This document shows, in pieces, positions 36,124 through 46,448 of a stretch of 64,000 bases of DNA; position 1 is the stretch's first letter, and each line of letters begins with the position of its first letter. The notes beneath the pieces were generated by a model. The model had not been told where the DNA came from. It was given only the letters and a program-made list of their open reading frames with translations, and made no database searches. Origin of the DNA: Schizochytrium sp. TIO01 (taxonomy: Eukaryota; Protista; Bigyra: Labyrinthulomycetes); the NCBI GenBank assembly GCA_004764695.1, contig SMSO01000007.1, forward strand, positions 992,001 to 1,056,000. Reading direction: 5' to 3'. A program made the position numbers and the translations under genes.

Positions 36124-38382
36124 ATGGGCGACGGCGGTATGATGGCGCGAATGCTGGCGGCCCGTGGCTCTGGCGGGGATGACAGTGGCGCCCCTGGAGG
36201 CGCGCTGTGGACGGAGGCTGAGTACAATATGACGGGCCTCGGCTCCCGCAATGCGAACGTCCGCAAAACCAGCGCCCAGGACCTCTCGGTCTTCCTGAGC
36301 GACGCCAGTAGGTCACAGGAATTCCTATATTACGAAGGGATGAAATTCGTGCCCAAGCTCACAGAAGGTGTATCCAAAGCTCTCGCACACTCTAGGACCC
36401 AGGGTTTTTATGACGAAGCTGCTGTTGCTGCTTGTCTTGCCGTTGCCAAGGTCTATTCTCATGAGGATGAATGGGATGGCCTGCTGGAGATGAACATCAA
36501 TCTCGACCCGCTTGTGCCCACCCCACAATGTCTTCTGGAAATTGCGCGATGTGCAGCAGGGTCCTCCGCAGATCGTGTTGATGGGCTGGATGATATCTTT
36601 GATGAAGAAGACGAGGGTCTTGAAAATGGGCGAAAGTCAACGAGGAGCAAGAAATCCACGACGACTGCTAAAAAACGCAAACCAGATGCCGTAGTCACTG
36701 ACCCGAGCGTGCTCCAGGGTCTTTCCGGGCAGCGCAGCGAAAGAAGCTTCACATCCACATGGTCAAGGGGCCTAGGAGCTGGAGATGCAGCGCTCATGGC
36801 TTTGGTGAAGTTATCAAAGTTGCACAAGATTTACCTCAAAACACGACGCACTAACAAAGATGGAGGACGCCTCGCCTCGCAGGCTGATGTGTATCTTCGG
36901 CTAGTGCGAGTCGTTCGGGAGGCACTCATGGATACGCTACGAAAAACTACGTCTCCGCCAGTCATGGAGGCGAATGGGGCCGTTGCGAGTGCAGCATCGC
37001 CACTTCTGGCTTGGAGGCTTGAGTCTTGGGGTTCAGTTGCAGACACCTACTCGTCCGTCATGGTGATGACTGGCGGTTTCGAGGCGAAGAATTATGATGT
37101 CTTTATGGAACAGCTTATGCGTGCGTGCAGAGGTCTCCTTCGAGCTGTGATTGCTTCTCAGACAGCTGATCTTCCACCTTGGGGAGAACACGCACTGCAA
37201 CCCTTATTACGTTTTGCTACAAATCTTACACACGATAACCCGGCAGGGTGCGAGGCCATGAATGGGGAGGGTCTGCAACTTGCAGTGGACATGTTCAAGT
37301 CTGTGGCGGAACTAGGTACTTCAGGTTCCACCGAACCGGCAAAGAAGGACAAGTCCAAGTCCCAAGCTGCCGATGCTATCTTGCTTGGCATGGATCTCAA
37401 CATGGAGGAGCATGAACCCGATGCACACGCACAATATATGTTTGATACGCGTCTCACACTCATTGGTTTACTGACTAATTGTGTAGAGACCAACTCGCAA
37501 AATCGTGTCTGGCTCAGCGAGCACTGCGAGGTCTTTGTCACTTTCTTTGTGGCCTTTGTGCCTCGTGAGGCCCTTGAACAGCTACAGCCGGGTACGAAGC
37601 CTCAGGGTCAGGTTGAATTTGGCTGGAGCGCTGAGGATCTCATCACATGCTCATATGTTTGTTTGTTGCTAGGTTGTCTCATGCGGGAGAATAAGGCAAA
37701 TCAAAGACATATTAAGCAACTCTTGCCGGGTGGCTCGTTATCAATTGTCATGCAGGTCCTTGAGGCATTTGTAGCTTTTCAGAAAGATGCACGGGTGCTC
37801 TCCAAAGAAGGTGAAACCAAGACCTTTGAGATTATGGCAGAACTGCGTGCAGCCGAGCTTGCTGAGGTGAGCAGCATGTCAAGTACTTCTGCGCAAGGAA
37901 AAAAACGAACAAGCATTATGGCGGAGCCTCGCGTGCGTGAGACTGGCGACAAAAAGTCGTCGTCAAGTTCTGGAACTGCTCGCGTCAAAATTGAGGATGC
38001 GAAAACTTCTCAACAGGAGGGAGAAGGCCAAGAAACTAAGCAGCGCCGTAAAGTGACCATTGTGGAGGATGTGAAACCAGGTCTGGCGATGCGGAAGAAG
38101 ACAAAGGCTGCGGCACGGGTGCCGAAGTCTACGACTAGTTCATCTTCTTCATCATCAACAGGCGACCGTGTAAACGTAAAGACAGAAACAATAAGGACCG
38201 TAACAACGACGACTACAATTAAGCCCTCATCAAAGGTAGACGCCGCATCCTCGTCAAGGGGTACTAGCAAGCAACGTACAAAGCGTTCTTCGTCAACCTC
38301 TTCTGGAGCTAAAAAGGCTTCTGAATCCTCTAATGCGAGCAGCAAGAAGGCTGTGTTTTCTTTGGACGATGTTATGGGCTAG
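36124..38382 (+). CDS. WAPL: Cohesin release factor WAPL
   Basis: WAPL helical-domain motifs LRFATNLTHDN, FDTRLTLIGLLTNCVETNSQNR, EDLITCSYVCLLLGCLMRENKANQRHIKQLLPGGSLSIVMQVLEAFVAFQ; Ser/Lys/Thr-rich C-terminal tail. Confidence 0.85.
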   Translation: MGDGGMMARMLAARGSGGDDSGAPGGALWTEAEYNMTGLGSRNANVRKTSAQDLSVFLSDASRSQEFLYYEGMKFVPKLTEGVSKALAHSRTQGFYDEAAVAACLAVAKVYSHEDEWDGLLEMNINLDPLVPTPQCLLEIARCAAGSSADRVDGLDDIFDEEDEGLENGRKSTRSKKSTTTAKKRKPDAVVTDPSVLQGLSGQRSERSFTSTWSRGLGAGDAALMALVKLSKLHKIYLKTRRTNKDGGRLASQADVYLRLVRVVREALMDTLRKTTSPPVMEANGAVASAASPLLAWRLESWGSVADTYSSVMVMTGGFEAKNYDVFMEQLMRACRGLLRAVIASQTADLPPWGEHALQPLLRFATNLTHDNPAGCEAMNGEGLQLAVDMFKSVAELGTSGSTEPAKKDKSKSQAADAILLGMDLNMEEHEPDAHAQYMFDTRLTLIGLLTNCVETNSQNRVWLSEHCEVFVTFFVAFVPREALEQLQPGTKPQGQVEFGWSAEDLITCSYVCLLLGCLMRENKANQRHIKQLLPGGSLSIVMQVLEAFVAFQKDARVLSKEGETKTFEIMAELRAAELAEVSSMSSTSAQGKKRTSIMAEPRVRETGDKKSSSSSGTARVKIEDAKTSQQEGEGQETKQRRKVTIVEDVKPGLAMRKKTKAAARVPKSTTSSSSSSSTGDRVNVKTETIRTVTTTTTIKPSSKVDAASSSRGTSKQRTKRSSSTSSGAKKASESSNASSKKAVFSLDDVMG

Positions 38383-39292
38383 AGGACGTGCGCTTGTGTG
38401 CTGAGCTCGCAAAATCGAGAATGAAAAAAAAAAATGCAACGAAAATAATCACTTTGGCGGATGAGAGTGAAGGATAGACAGAACATTGGCTTCCTGGTCA
38501 TATATGGGCTACACCAACGGTCCAGACTCTGACGTAGCTAGTTACCACCAACACCTACAGGATGCTGCAACTATCACATAGTAGGCATCAAATCTTGTTT
38601 CGCAACGTACCATCAAATTGCTTTTGCCTGGATAATCTCATATCAATAATATTTGTTTCTTTTCCTTATTAGATGTCTTATTTACACACTTGGATTGTTG
38701 TAAAAAGTAAGTTTAATTAAAGCTCACAATATGGGCATGTGTCCAACAATTTATTTTCCCGTTGGTAGCATTCCCCACTAATAGTTTATACAAGTGCGAT
38801 ATCTTCGCTTCGCAGGAGTGCCAACTTCAATATACATCGTTGTTGTAGATTTGAGAATTTAAAGAAAATAAACGACATCAGGTTCTTCACAAGTGTTGCA
38901 GGCAGGGTTTTCCCAATTTTTCATTCAGGTTTGCTACCAAGCTAAAAAAAGAAAAAGAACGTAACACAACAACAGCAGATCTTATCACAGAAAATAAAAG
39001 AGAAAAGTAAAAAAGGGGCAGAGCCAGTTCGCGCATGATATGCAGTGATAAACATAGAAACTCATGGGGACATAGGATGACGAAGGGAAAAAGACGTAAA
39101 GGGGAAGAGGAGAGAGATGAGATAGAGGAAAAGAAGGAGAGAAGGATGAAATGGAAAATAAAACGAAGATGGGCAATAGTCAAGTCAGATCTGTGCAGAA
39201 AAATAAACATCTCTCTTTCTGAACTCTCTTCTCAGTTTTACCCGTCATTGGCAAACGCCTGGCGACGGAAGAAGGGAGGCAGAAAAAAAAAA

Positions 39293-39967
39293 CTATCCGA
39301 CAAGAGTCTTCACTTCATGACCATTAACATCACGAATAGCTACCCTTCGCTTTCCGCCGTGTTTCTCACTTGGGTAAACCTTCTTTACACCACGATATCT
39401 AGGAGGTACGGGCAGCCACTCTGGAAAGGTGAAACGCGGGTCATCATGAACGATAGGTGCTGCCTGCATAGAACGTTGAGATGTCTGCTGGTATGACTGA
39501 GATTCGTGTACAGTTGGCCGTGGTGATCTTGCTTCGGCAACATCCACAGGTGTTACAGCAAAGGCGTCAGCGACACTGGGAAAATACTCACGCAACGGAG
39601 CCCATTGCGGGTTATCAAAGGACACATTGATAATTTGCAGAGTTGGCTCAAAGTAGCCAGCCATATGCCACTGTCGCATGTGGATATCTGTGAAGGGACC
39701 TTGCTGCTGGTGATTGCGATCGAGGAAGTACCAGTGACCTCCTGATGTCGGTGCTTCTTCAGGCTCTTCCTCCTCCTCAAGAAATGCTTTGCTTCCATTC
39801 GGAAACTGCTCCGCAAGTCTTCTAAATCCATTTCTACGAGGATCTCCACGAGCTACAAGGAGGTCCGCATTCAGATACCCCGCCTCGTACCAGGCACGCA
39901 TTTCTTCATTGCTGAAGGGGCCCTGGATCTTGTCATTATTGTCGCGAAAGTACCATTGCACAGACAT
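39293..39967 (-). CDS. Small protein with two tandem GYF domains
   Basis: WYFRDNNDKIQGPFSNEEMRAWYEAGYLNADLLV and WYFLDRNHQQQGPFTDIHMRQWHMAGYFEPTLQI; first ATG at 39967. Confidence 0.88.
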   Translation of the reverse strand: MSVQWYFRDNNDKIQGPFSNEEMRAWYEAGYLNADLLVARGDPRRNGFRRLAEQFPNGSKAFLEEEEEPEEAPTSGGHWYFLDRNHQQQGPFTDIHMRQWHMAGYFEPTLQIINVSFDNPQWAPLREYFPSVADAFAVTPVDVAEARSPRPTVHESQSYQQTSQRSMQAAPIVHDDPRFTFPEWLPVPPRYRGVKKVYPSEKHGGKRRVAIRDVNGHEVKTLVG

Positions 39968-41486
39968 CTTGGCCTGCTCCAAAACCTGTTCGAGATGCAA
40001 AGTTTTGCCGGAAATCCCACAAAGTTTCCCGTCACAATCCTCGACGTCTTTCCAGACCTCCCGAACCCGCAGGACCTATTGGACACGCTCCTGCTTCAAT
40101 CGCCCGCGCCAATTTATATTAATTAGTATGCCGCTATTAAGAATAAAATACTCCTTCTGCACGTGTTTCTTTCTCTTTTTTAATAATCGACAAACGAGAC
40201 GCGCCAAAAGCACACGCTCGCCGATGAAGGCCTCTCTTGCGTTACTCTCGGCTATCAGGGCTACCCTTCGGCTCCGCAGCTTGGAGACCGAGGCACAGGA
40301 GCCAAAGTAGGCGTTGGTCTAGCAGTCCGGCCGTCTCGAGCCCGAGCGTGAGTCGAGCTCGCCGAAGAATTGGACTCTGCCGAGCTCGCGCCTCTTTTGG
40401 CGCTTTAATAGTTTGTTTCATTTGGTCTTACTGCCGCATAGCTGAGTCCTACTATCGCATATCATTAGCCAACATCGTATGATATCGCACATGTCATTTG
40501 ACTCTACTAGTAAAAGGTAGAGAGGTGCTACTAGTCAAGTGGTAATGTTGTGGATAGATAGGTTCCTATTTGTAGGTACATGAATACAAAAGCAATGAGG
40601 CCTACAATGGAATGACGGATGACTTAATGCTGCTTGCTTCTTGCGTGTTCAGGATGTATGGGCACCTAGGTACCTGCACTACACTGGAGAAGGGGGTCGG
40701 TTCCTGTTCCTGTGGCACATGCGGAGTTTCCTGCGCAAGTTGAGCTTTGCGGTTTCTTTTACTGTGCTGATGGTGCTTTTGTTAAGAAGTTTGCACATGC
40801 CGCACGCGAAGGGAATGCGGGGAATAGGTTTTTGTGTGCCAGGATAAAGGACCGTGAAAGAATGGGTTGTGCGGATTCTTGCGAACTTGTGCTCCTCTTG
40901 TGAAGGTATGCGCACCGGGGTGGGTTTAGGGGCTGCCTGTGACCAAAGCTTAGTTCTTTTATTTTTCATTGATGCAGGGCAATCAAATTATTTTGTGAGA
41001 GTGCATAGAAACTGATCATCTGGCAGCTCAGTTGACCATCGACGCTCTTTGCGAAGTCAAAAAGGTCAACGTGGCTGGTGCTGAGACGCGGCTTGTTTAT
41101 ATACTGCTAGGTGCTGCCTCAGTCGTATTGAATGATGAAATTTTAAGAGCCGAGCTTAGCTGCTCTCAATTCTAGGAGTACCGTTGCTGCCCTGTATGAG
41201 TTTATGCTTTTGTGTAACTTTTAGCAAGTAGCAACATTTATGGTGCAAGGACAAAATAATGATAAGGCTGTTTTTCTTATAATGAAATAACGATGCATGG
41301 CAGCGCAAAGATTTTTGATTGCGCGGGAGCAACCAATGCGGAAGACTTTCAAGAAATGTTTAATCGAAACAATCCATACATTAACTTCGAGATGGTGGTA
41401 AGATAGGAAAATTATAATTCTTGCATACAAAGTGGCAGGCGCAGGTACGTCTTAAGAGGACAAAAGGGTCTATTTTCATTGTGTAG

Positions 41487-43925
41487 TTAGACTTCGAGTG
41501 AAGGATTTTCACTCTCATGGTCCTCCTCCTCGTCATGGTGGTCACTGCTTTGATCATGTCCTTGAGCACTGCTATCATGCTGATGAGTGGATGTTTCGGT
41601 ATTAAATGACTCCTGTGCTGGGGCAGCTCTAGATGGAGAGAGCCACGCCAATACACCACCGGAGCTCTTTGGCTTGGGTGGCGTAGGAGCCTTTGCATCA
41701 GCAGCCTCATCAAATGAGTTACGGGATGCACCTCCACGCATGGGTTTGACGATGCGGTTGCCGTTCTGTGGGCTCCGTGATTTGTTCATAAAGGCCAGTG
41801 CTTTGGCACCGAAGGAGGATTTTTGTTCCGTCAATTCACGACGTGCGCGACTAAGCTCAAGTTGCAGCTGCTGCATTTCCTTCTGACGCTCAAGCTGCAT
41901 ATCTTCAATTTCTAAGGCATGGCGTTCTGCCTGAGCACGGAAATTGAATTCCTTGCTTTTGATATTGTTCTCCAGAACCTTGATTCGTTCTTCCTTGAGG
42001 GCAAGAAGCTGGGTTTTTTCAGCAGCAGCGAGCTCTGCATATGCGTACTTACGCAGAAGCTGCTTGTGAACAGCAATGAGCTGGTATAGGCGTTGTTCCA
42101 GTGCTGGGTCAATGCTCTTTGTTGGCTCTTCCTTCTCGTGGCTACCCTCCTCTTCATCTTCGGAGCCGAGGCGGTTTCGGAGGTCCTTAATGGTGGCTTC
42201 GTAAGAGTTGGAAGTTTGGTCAAGCTCGGCACGGAGGCGCTGGAGCTCTGCTTTGGCAGCGTTCAATTGTTCTTCAACAGGCGCATCCGGGGAAACTGCC
42301 GTGCTAGACTCTGCAGAAGTGCCCGGTGCCGCGCCCTGTGCAGCGATGGGGCCCGCAGGAAGAGCATCCAATTCCTTGTTGAGGCGCTCATTCTCCTTTT
42401 GCAAAGTTGATACGTTGAGTTCCACTTCCTTATATTGGTGCTCAAGGTGAGCATATTTGCTTTCTGCCTCATCAAGCTTGTTCTGGAGGGCTTCCTTCTC
42501 TGCTTGGATAGATGCTAGTTGTTCTGCAATCGCTGCTGATGGAGCCTGCTGTTTCGTTTCGTTGAGTTCTTGTGTAAGAATTTGGATCTCTGCATTGGAC
42601 CTCTCAAGTTCCCGCACGTCATTTTCATGAGAATCTTGAAGCTCTTTGATCTGAAGCTCCAATGTCACCACTTGCTTGGTGAGATCCTCTGTATTTTGGA
42701 CATCTTCGACATTTGCTTCCGCTTCGTCAGTGTTGCTTTCACTCACAATGCCATCGTCTTTAAGGCTGCGAGCAGATGCTCCAGCACCCGAAGCAAGTCT
42801 TGACTTTAGTTTCTCGATGTATTGCGCTTGAACATCAATTGCCCGTTCGGCCTGCGCGAGAAGGGCCTCAAGTTCCTCAACTGTACGAATCTGGTTGACA
42901 ACAGCCTTGTTTTTGATCGCTTTCGCGCGATTACCAAAACGCAAAGTGTTAAGCGTCTCGAGAGCATTGTACGAGCTTGGCGAGACGTTAATAACGAGCC
43001 AGGTGCGAGCGTTACCACCGAGGGACTCTTGCAACATACGCGTTAGCTTGGAATCACGATACGGTACGTGTGCCGACTTGCCATCTGTAAGAGCATTGAT
43101 GACTTTTCCAAGTGCTGAGAGAGAAAGATTAATCATTTTTGCCTCATCAAGGCGGTCTCCGGTGGCACCAGTTTTCCGTACCATTTCTGATCCTGCTAAA
43201 TCGACGAGATTGATTTTACTGGTTTTGGTTGTTCCAGTAGTGGTGTCAGTTTGCACAAGCTGAAGGACAAAGACACTGTGGCTTCGGGAACTTCCTTCAT
43301 TCATGCCTGTTGCTGCTTGAGCACGGTGGCTTGCACCAAGTGCCATGAGCTCCATCATCTCTTCAAAGCTGTTCACGTAACGTTCACTCATACCTTCCAC
43401 GTAAATACCCTTGTTTGGGTCCTCGCGCACTTGCAAATTCTGGCGTGTAGGGTCCAAAAGGTCACGAATACGTTCCAAGTAAATTTCAACATAGCTGCCG
43501 CGGACGGTGAACTCCATGTTCTCGCCTGCGCGTGCAATCGTGTCAAAGATAGCCTCGACGGTACGAGGAATAATACCCGCCATCTCAGGATCTGTGATGC
43601 TTGGGCCTTGCATTGTGTGGGTTTTACCTGAGGAGGTTTGACCGTAGGCAAAAATTGTGCCATTATATCCTTCAAAAACATTTTCCACCAGTGGTCTTCC
43701 GATGGCCTTGAACACATCTGCCTGTTTGCTGTCTGGGTTGAAGATATGGTCAAACGTGAACCGTGTGTACCCATCCCCGGCGCTCACGTTATCCACCGTA
43801 ATTTCGTTGTTCTTGACCTGCACGGCGGGTTTGCCACCAGCAGCGTCTTCTTTCGCATTTTGGGGACGAACACGGACCACAACATGAACTGCAGACGCAG
43901 ACTCTGCTGCGTTAGCTGGAGCCAT
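41487..43925 (-). CDS. Kinesin-1 (conventional kinesin) heavy chain
   Basis: P-loop GQTSSGKT, SSRSH, DLAGSE, HVPYRDSKLTRMLQESLGGN, neck KNKAVVN, coiled-coil stalk, tail IVKPMRGG (IAK-type autoinhibitory motif). Confidence 0.95.
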   Translation of the reverse strand: MAPANAAESASAVHVVVRVRPQNAKEDAAGGKPAVQVKNNEITVDNVSAGDGYTRFTFDHIFNPDSKQADVFKAIGRPLVENVFEGYNGTIFAYGQTSSGKTHTMQGPSITDPEMAGIIPRTVEAIFDTIARAGENMEFTVRGSYVEIYLERIRDLLDPTRQNLQVREDPNKGIYVEGMSERYVNSFEEMMELMALGASHRAQAATGMNEGSSRSHSVFVLQLVQTDTTTGTTKTSKINLVDLAGSEMVRKTGATGDRLDEAKMINLSLSALGKVINALTDGKSAHVPYRDSKLTRMLQESLGGNARTWLVINVSPSSYNALETLNTLRFGNRAKAIKNKAVVNQIRTVEELEALLAQAERAIDVQAQYIEKLKSRLASGAGASARSLKDDGIVSESNTDEAEANVEDVQNTEDLTKQVVTLELQIKELQDSHENDVRELERSNAEIQILTQELNETKQQAPSAAIAEQLASIQAEKEALQNKLDEAESKYAHLEHQYKEVELNVSTLQKENERLNKELDALPAGPIAAQGAAPGTSAESSTAVSPDAPVEEQLNAAKAELQRLRAELDQTSNSYEATIKDLRNRLGSEDEEEGSHEKEEPTKSIDPALEQRLYQLIAVHKQLLRKYAYAELAAAEKTQLLALKEERIKVLENNIKSKEFNFRAQAERHALEIEDMQLERQKEMQQLQLELSRARRELTEQKSSFGAKALAFMNKSRSPQNGNRIVKPMRGGASRNSFDEAADAKAPTPPKPKSSGGVLAWLSPSRAAPAQESFNTETSTHQHDSSAQGHDQSSDHHDEEEDHESENPSLEV

Positions 43926-46448
43926 GATGACTTTCGCACCTTCTGATGGTTATTTCTGATAATATACTCGCAAATGTAGACTTCAGCAAGGTCCTCAATG
44001 CCCTTGCCAAAATACACGTCAAGAAACCTGCCAGAGTATACGTGTAGGGCTTTTCACGTTGATATGCCTTTCTCCTTTCCTTTCCGTTCGTCAACTGTTA
44101 CTGTTGTTCTTGTTCGTTGTGCAGGACAGCAGGCTGTTGTTTTCCTCCACCTCAACGATTATTCACGCAGGTTGCTGTCACCTTCTAACAAGCCCTGCTG
44201 CTGGGCCTCAATAAGATCAGCGTTTTGGCGGCTGCCCACCGAGTGAGCGAGCTCAACACGAGAGCGTACTAGGCCCGCCTCTGCGGCCTTGATCGCGATT
44301 TGCTGCTGTCTCGATGACCTCGCGACAGCTTCTCTCTTTTTCTCTCTATCTTTCTTTTCATCATGTAATTATAGTACGTAGCTGCGCAATTACTGTAAAT
44401 AGTACTGCTGAGAAATGACATGAAAGAACAGAACGAATGAATCGTAAAAGTAACTCAGCGGGCACATATTCCTCAGGATTGTAAAAGAAAAGGACTCGAG
44501 CCAGAGCCAGGACATTGGAATGTCAGGCCTCCTCTGGCCAGGTGTTATTTCCGAGATGGCGCAGGGCTGGAAAAGTTCGCGAGTTGGAGAAAGAAAGGTC
44601 CTACTGCCTAGGTGTGAGCTTTTCTGATAAGTGTCATTGTTTCTTTATGGTTAATTTTTAACTTTCTCTTCCGCTTCCTTTTCTTCTTTCTTCTTGTGTA
44701 CTGGTCGATCAATTCGATGTGTCCAGTTACAACACATTTGTGTAATTAATGGTTGACATTCTTGGAGTGTTGGTTCCCGGTGAATCTGGGTATTGCTGAG
44801 AAGAGGCGATAACTTAGTTCGCCTACTGACAACAACAGTCAATTGCTCACTAGATCGTGGAGAGCGCCGCTGATCTTGGGTTGGACTTGGACTGTTTCAT
44901 GGCTTCTACTCGAATGATTCAGATTCTGCACAACGTTTTAGTGGGTGAATGTGTGAACGGGTGAATAGCATTTGCGATGGGGATGCTGCTGGGGAGCAGA
45001 GTCCATTTCTCCTACGAGATGGCAGCTTGCTCGCTTTTAAGTTACCATTTGGTGGAAGTTCCCTTATTATCCCATGTAACGGTAGAATTCGCTTCGATTT
45101 GCCTTGCTTGTGGTAGTACCTATGATCTCTGATGGTTCCTTCTTTGCAAGACAAGCTATGCACTCCCTCAACTAGCAGGAAATCGTCAGTTGTGTCAAGG
45201 CGCGTTGGTTATCATTGGTCATTGCGTCGCACATTTTTGGATATCGGAAGAATGCTCGTCGCAATTTTAAGACATTCCCTCAATGTTCTACGTGGCTGGA
45301 GTTGTGCTCTTGAAATTATTTTTTCTGATTCTGGTCTTCATTTGGGTACTCTCGCCCCCGATCATAATTATGCCTCAAAAGACATATCGCAAATAGGGCT
45401 ATGCTCTCTATACACCTCGCTCTTACGGAGCTTAGGAAGCTCATCTATAATCAGACCATCTCAAGGCCAAATCGTATCTAGCTAGCTTAATAGGATTAAT
45501 GAGTTATAGCATCCCTGACTACTTGCAAGGGCTTGTCGGGGAGGTAGCGAATGCACTCTCAGCAAATACATAGCTTTAGAAAGGCGCACATTTGCAATTG
45601 ATCCTCAGCCGAGCTATACTCTTCAGAGCCATTATTCCGAGACTTGACGCGGAAGTGTTCGAGCTTAATTTCGTTGTGAAGCAGCGAAGCAATACCGCAA
45701 CGACCATAAGGGCTCGAAAACAGAATAGAAGATATAGTTAATTCTGCAATTCAATGAAGCTAATTCAAGGCAATAGACAGTTCTCGTTACGTACTGCTTC
45801 ACTGTCCTTAGCTTAAGTTTGTTTGACCATGTTTGTTATGGAGACTAACAAACTTCGTTCCTTTATATTACTTTGCAAGGTCGCATATACGAACCAGGAT
45901 TCAAGTTTGTCTTGCTCAGATAACTGAAAATTAAGATTTTCATGTTTTAAAAACAAATCATTATGGATAATTTGGTACATGCACTATTTTCTAAAAATTG
46001 ACACGAATGCAATCTTTGCTATTTCTTGTTTTAAAAGAGAAAAGAGTAATGAAGAAAGAGCTTGAAAATGCGATTCTCGATAGAAGGGCAGTTATACTAG
46101 ATCACTTATTATTATGGCTTTAAAAAAAGGTCTTATGCTCGAGTAGATTGAGTGGCAGTTTCATAAATCATGCCCACTTCTCTCTTATAATATCGAAGAG
46201 AAGGGAAAGAAAAAAAGGGTGTACATAGTGTCAGCAGAGAGAATATGAGAGGGAGAGGGAGAATCGTGCGCGCCCAGCACAAGTCCATAATGGATAACTA
46301 TCCTTTCCACATTTCCCATTTTGTGCTAAAAAAAGAAAAAGAAAATAGAGGAATCCGAAGAATCATGGATCCTATGAAAGACATTAGGAAGAACGAAGAG
46401 ACGTAGAGACAGGGTGATATGAAGGACCTAGTCTTGGGGTAGTATTAT

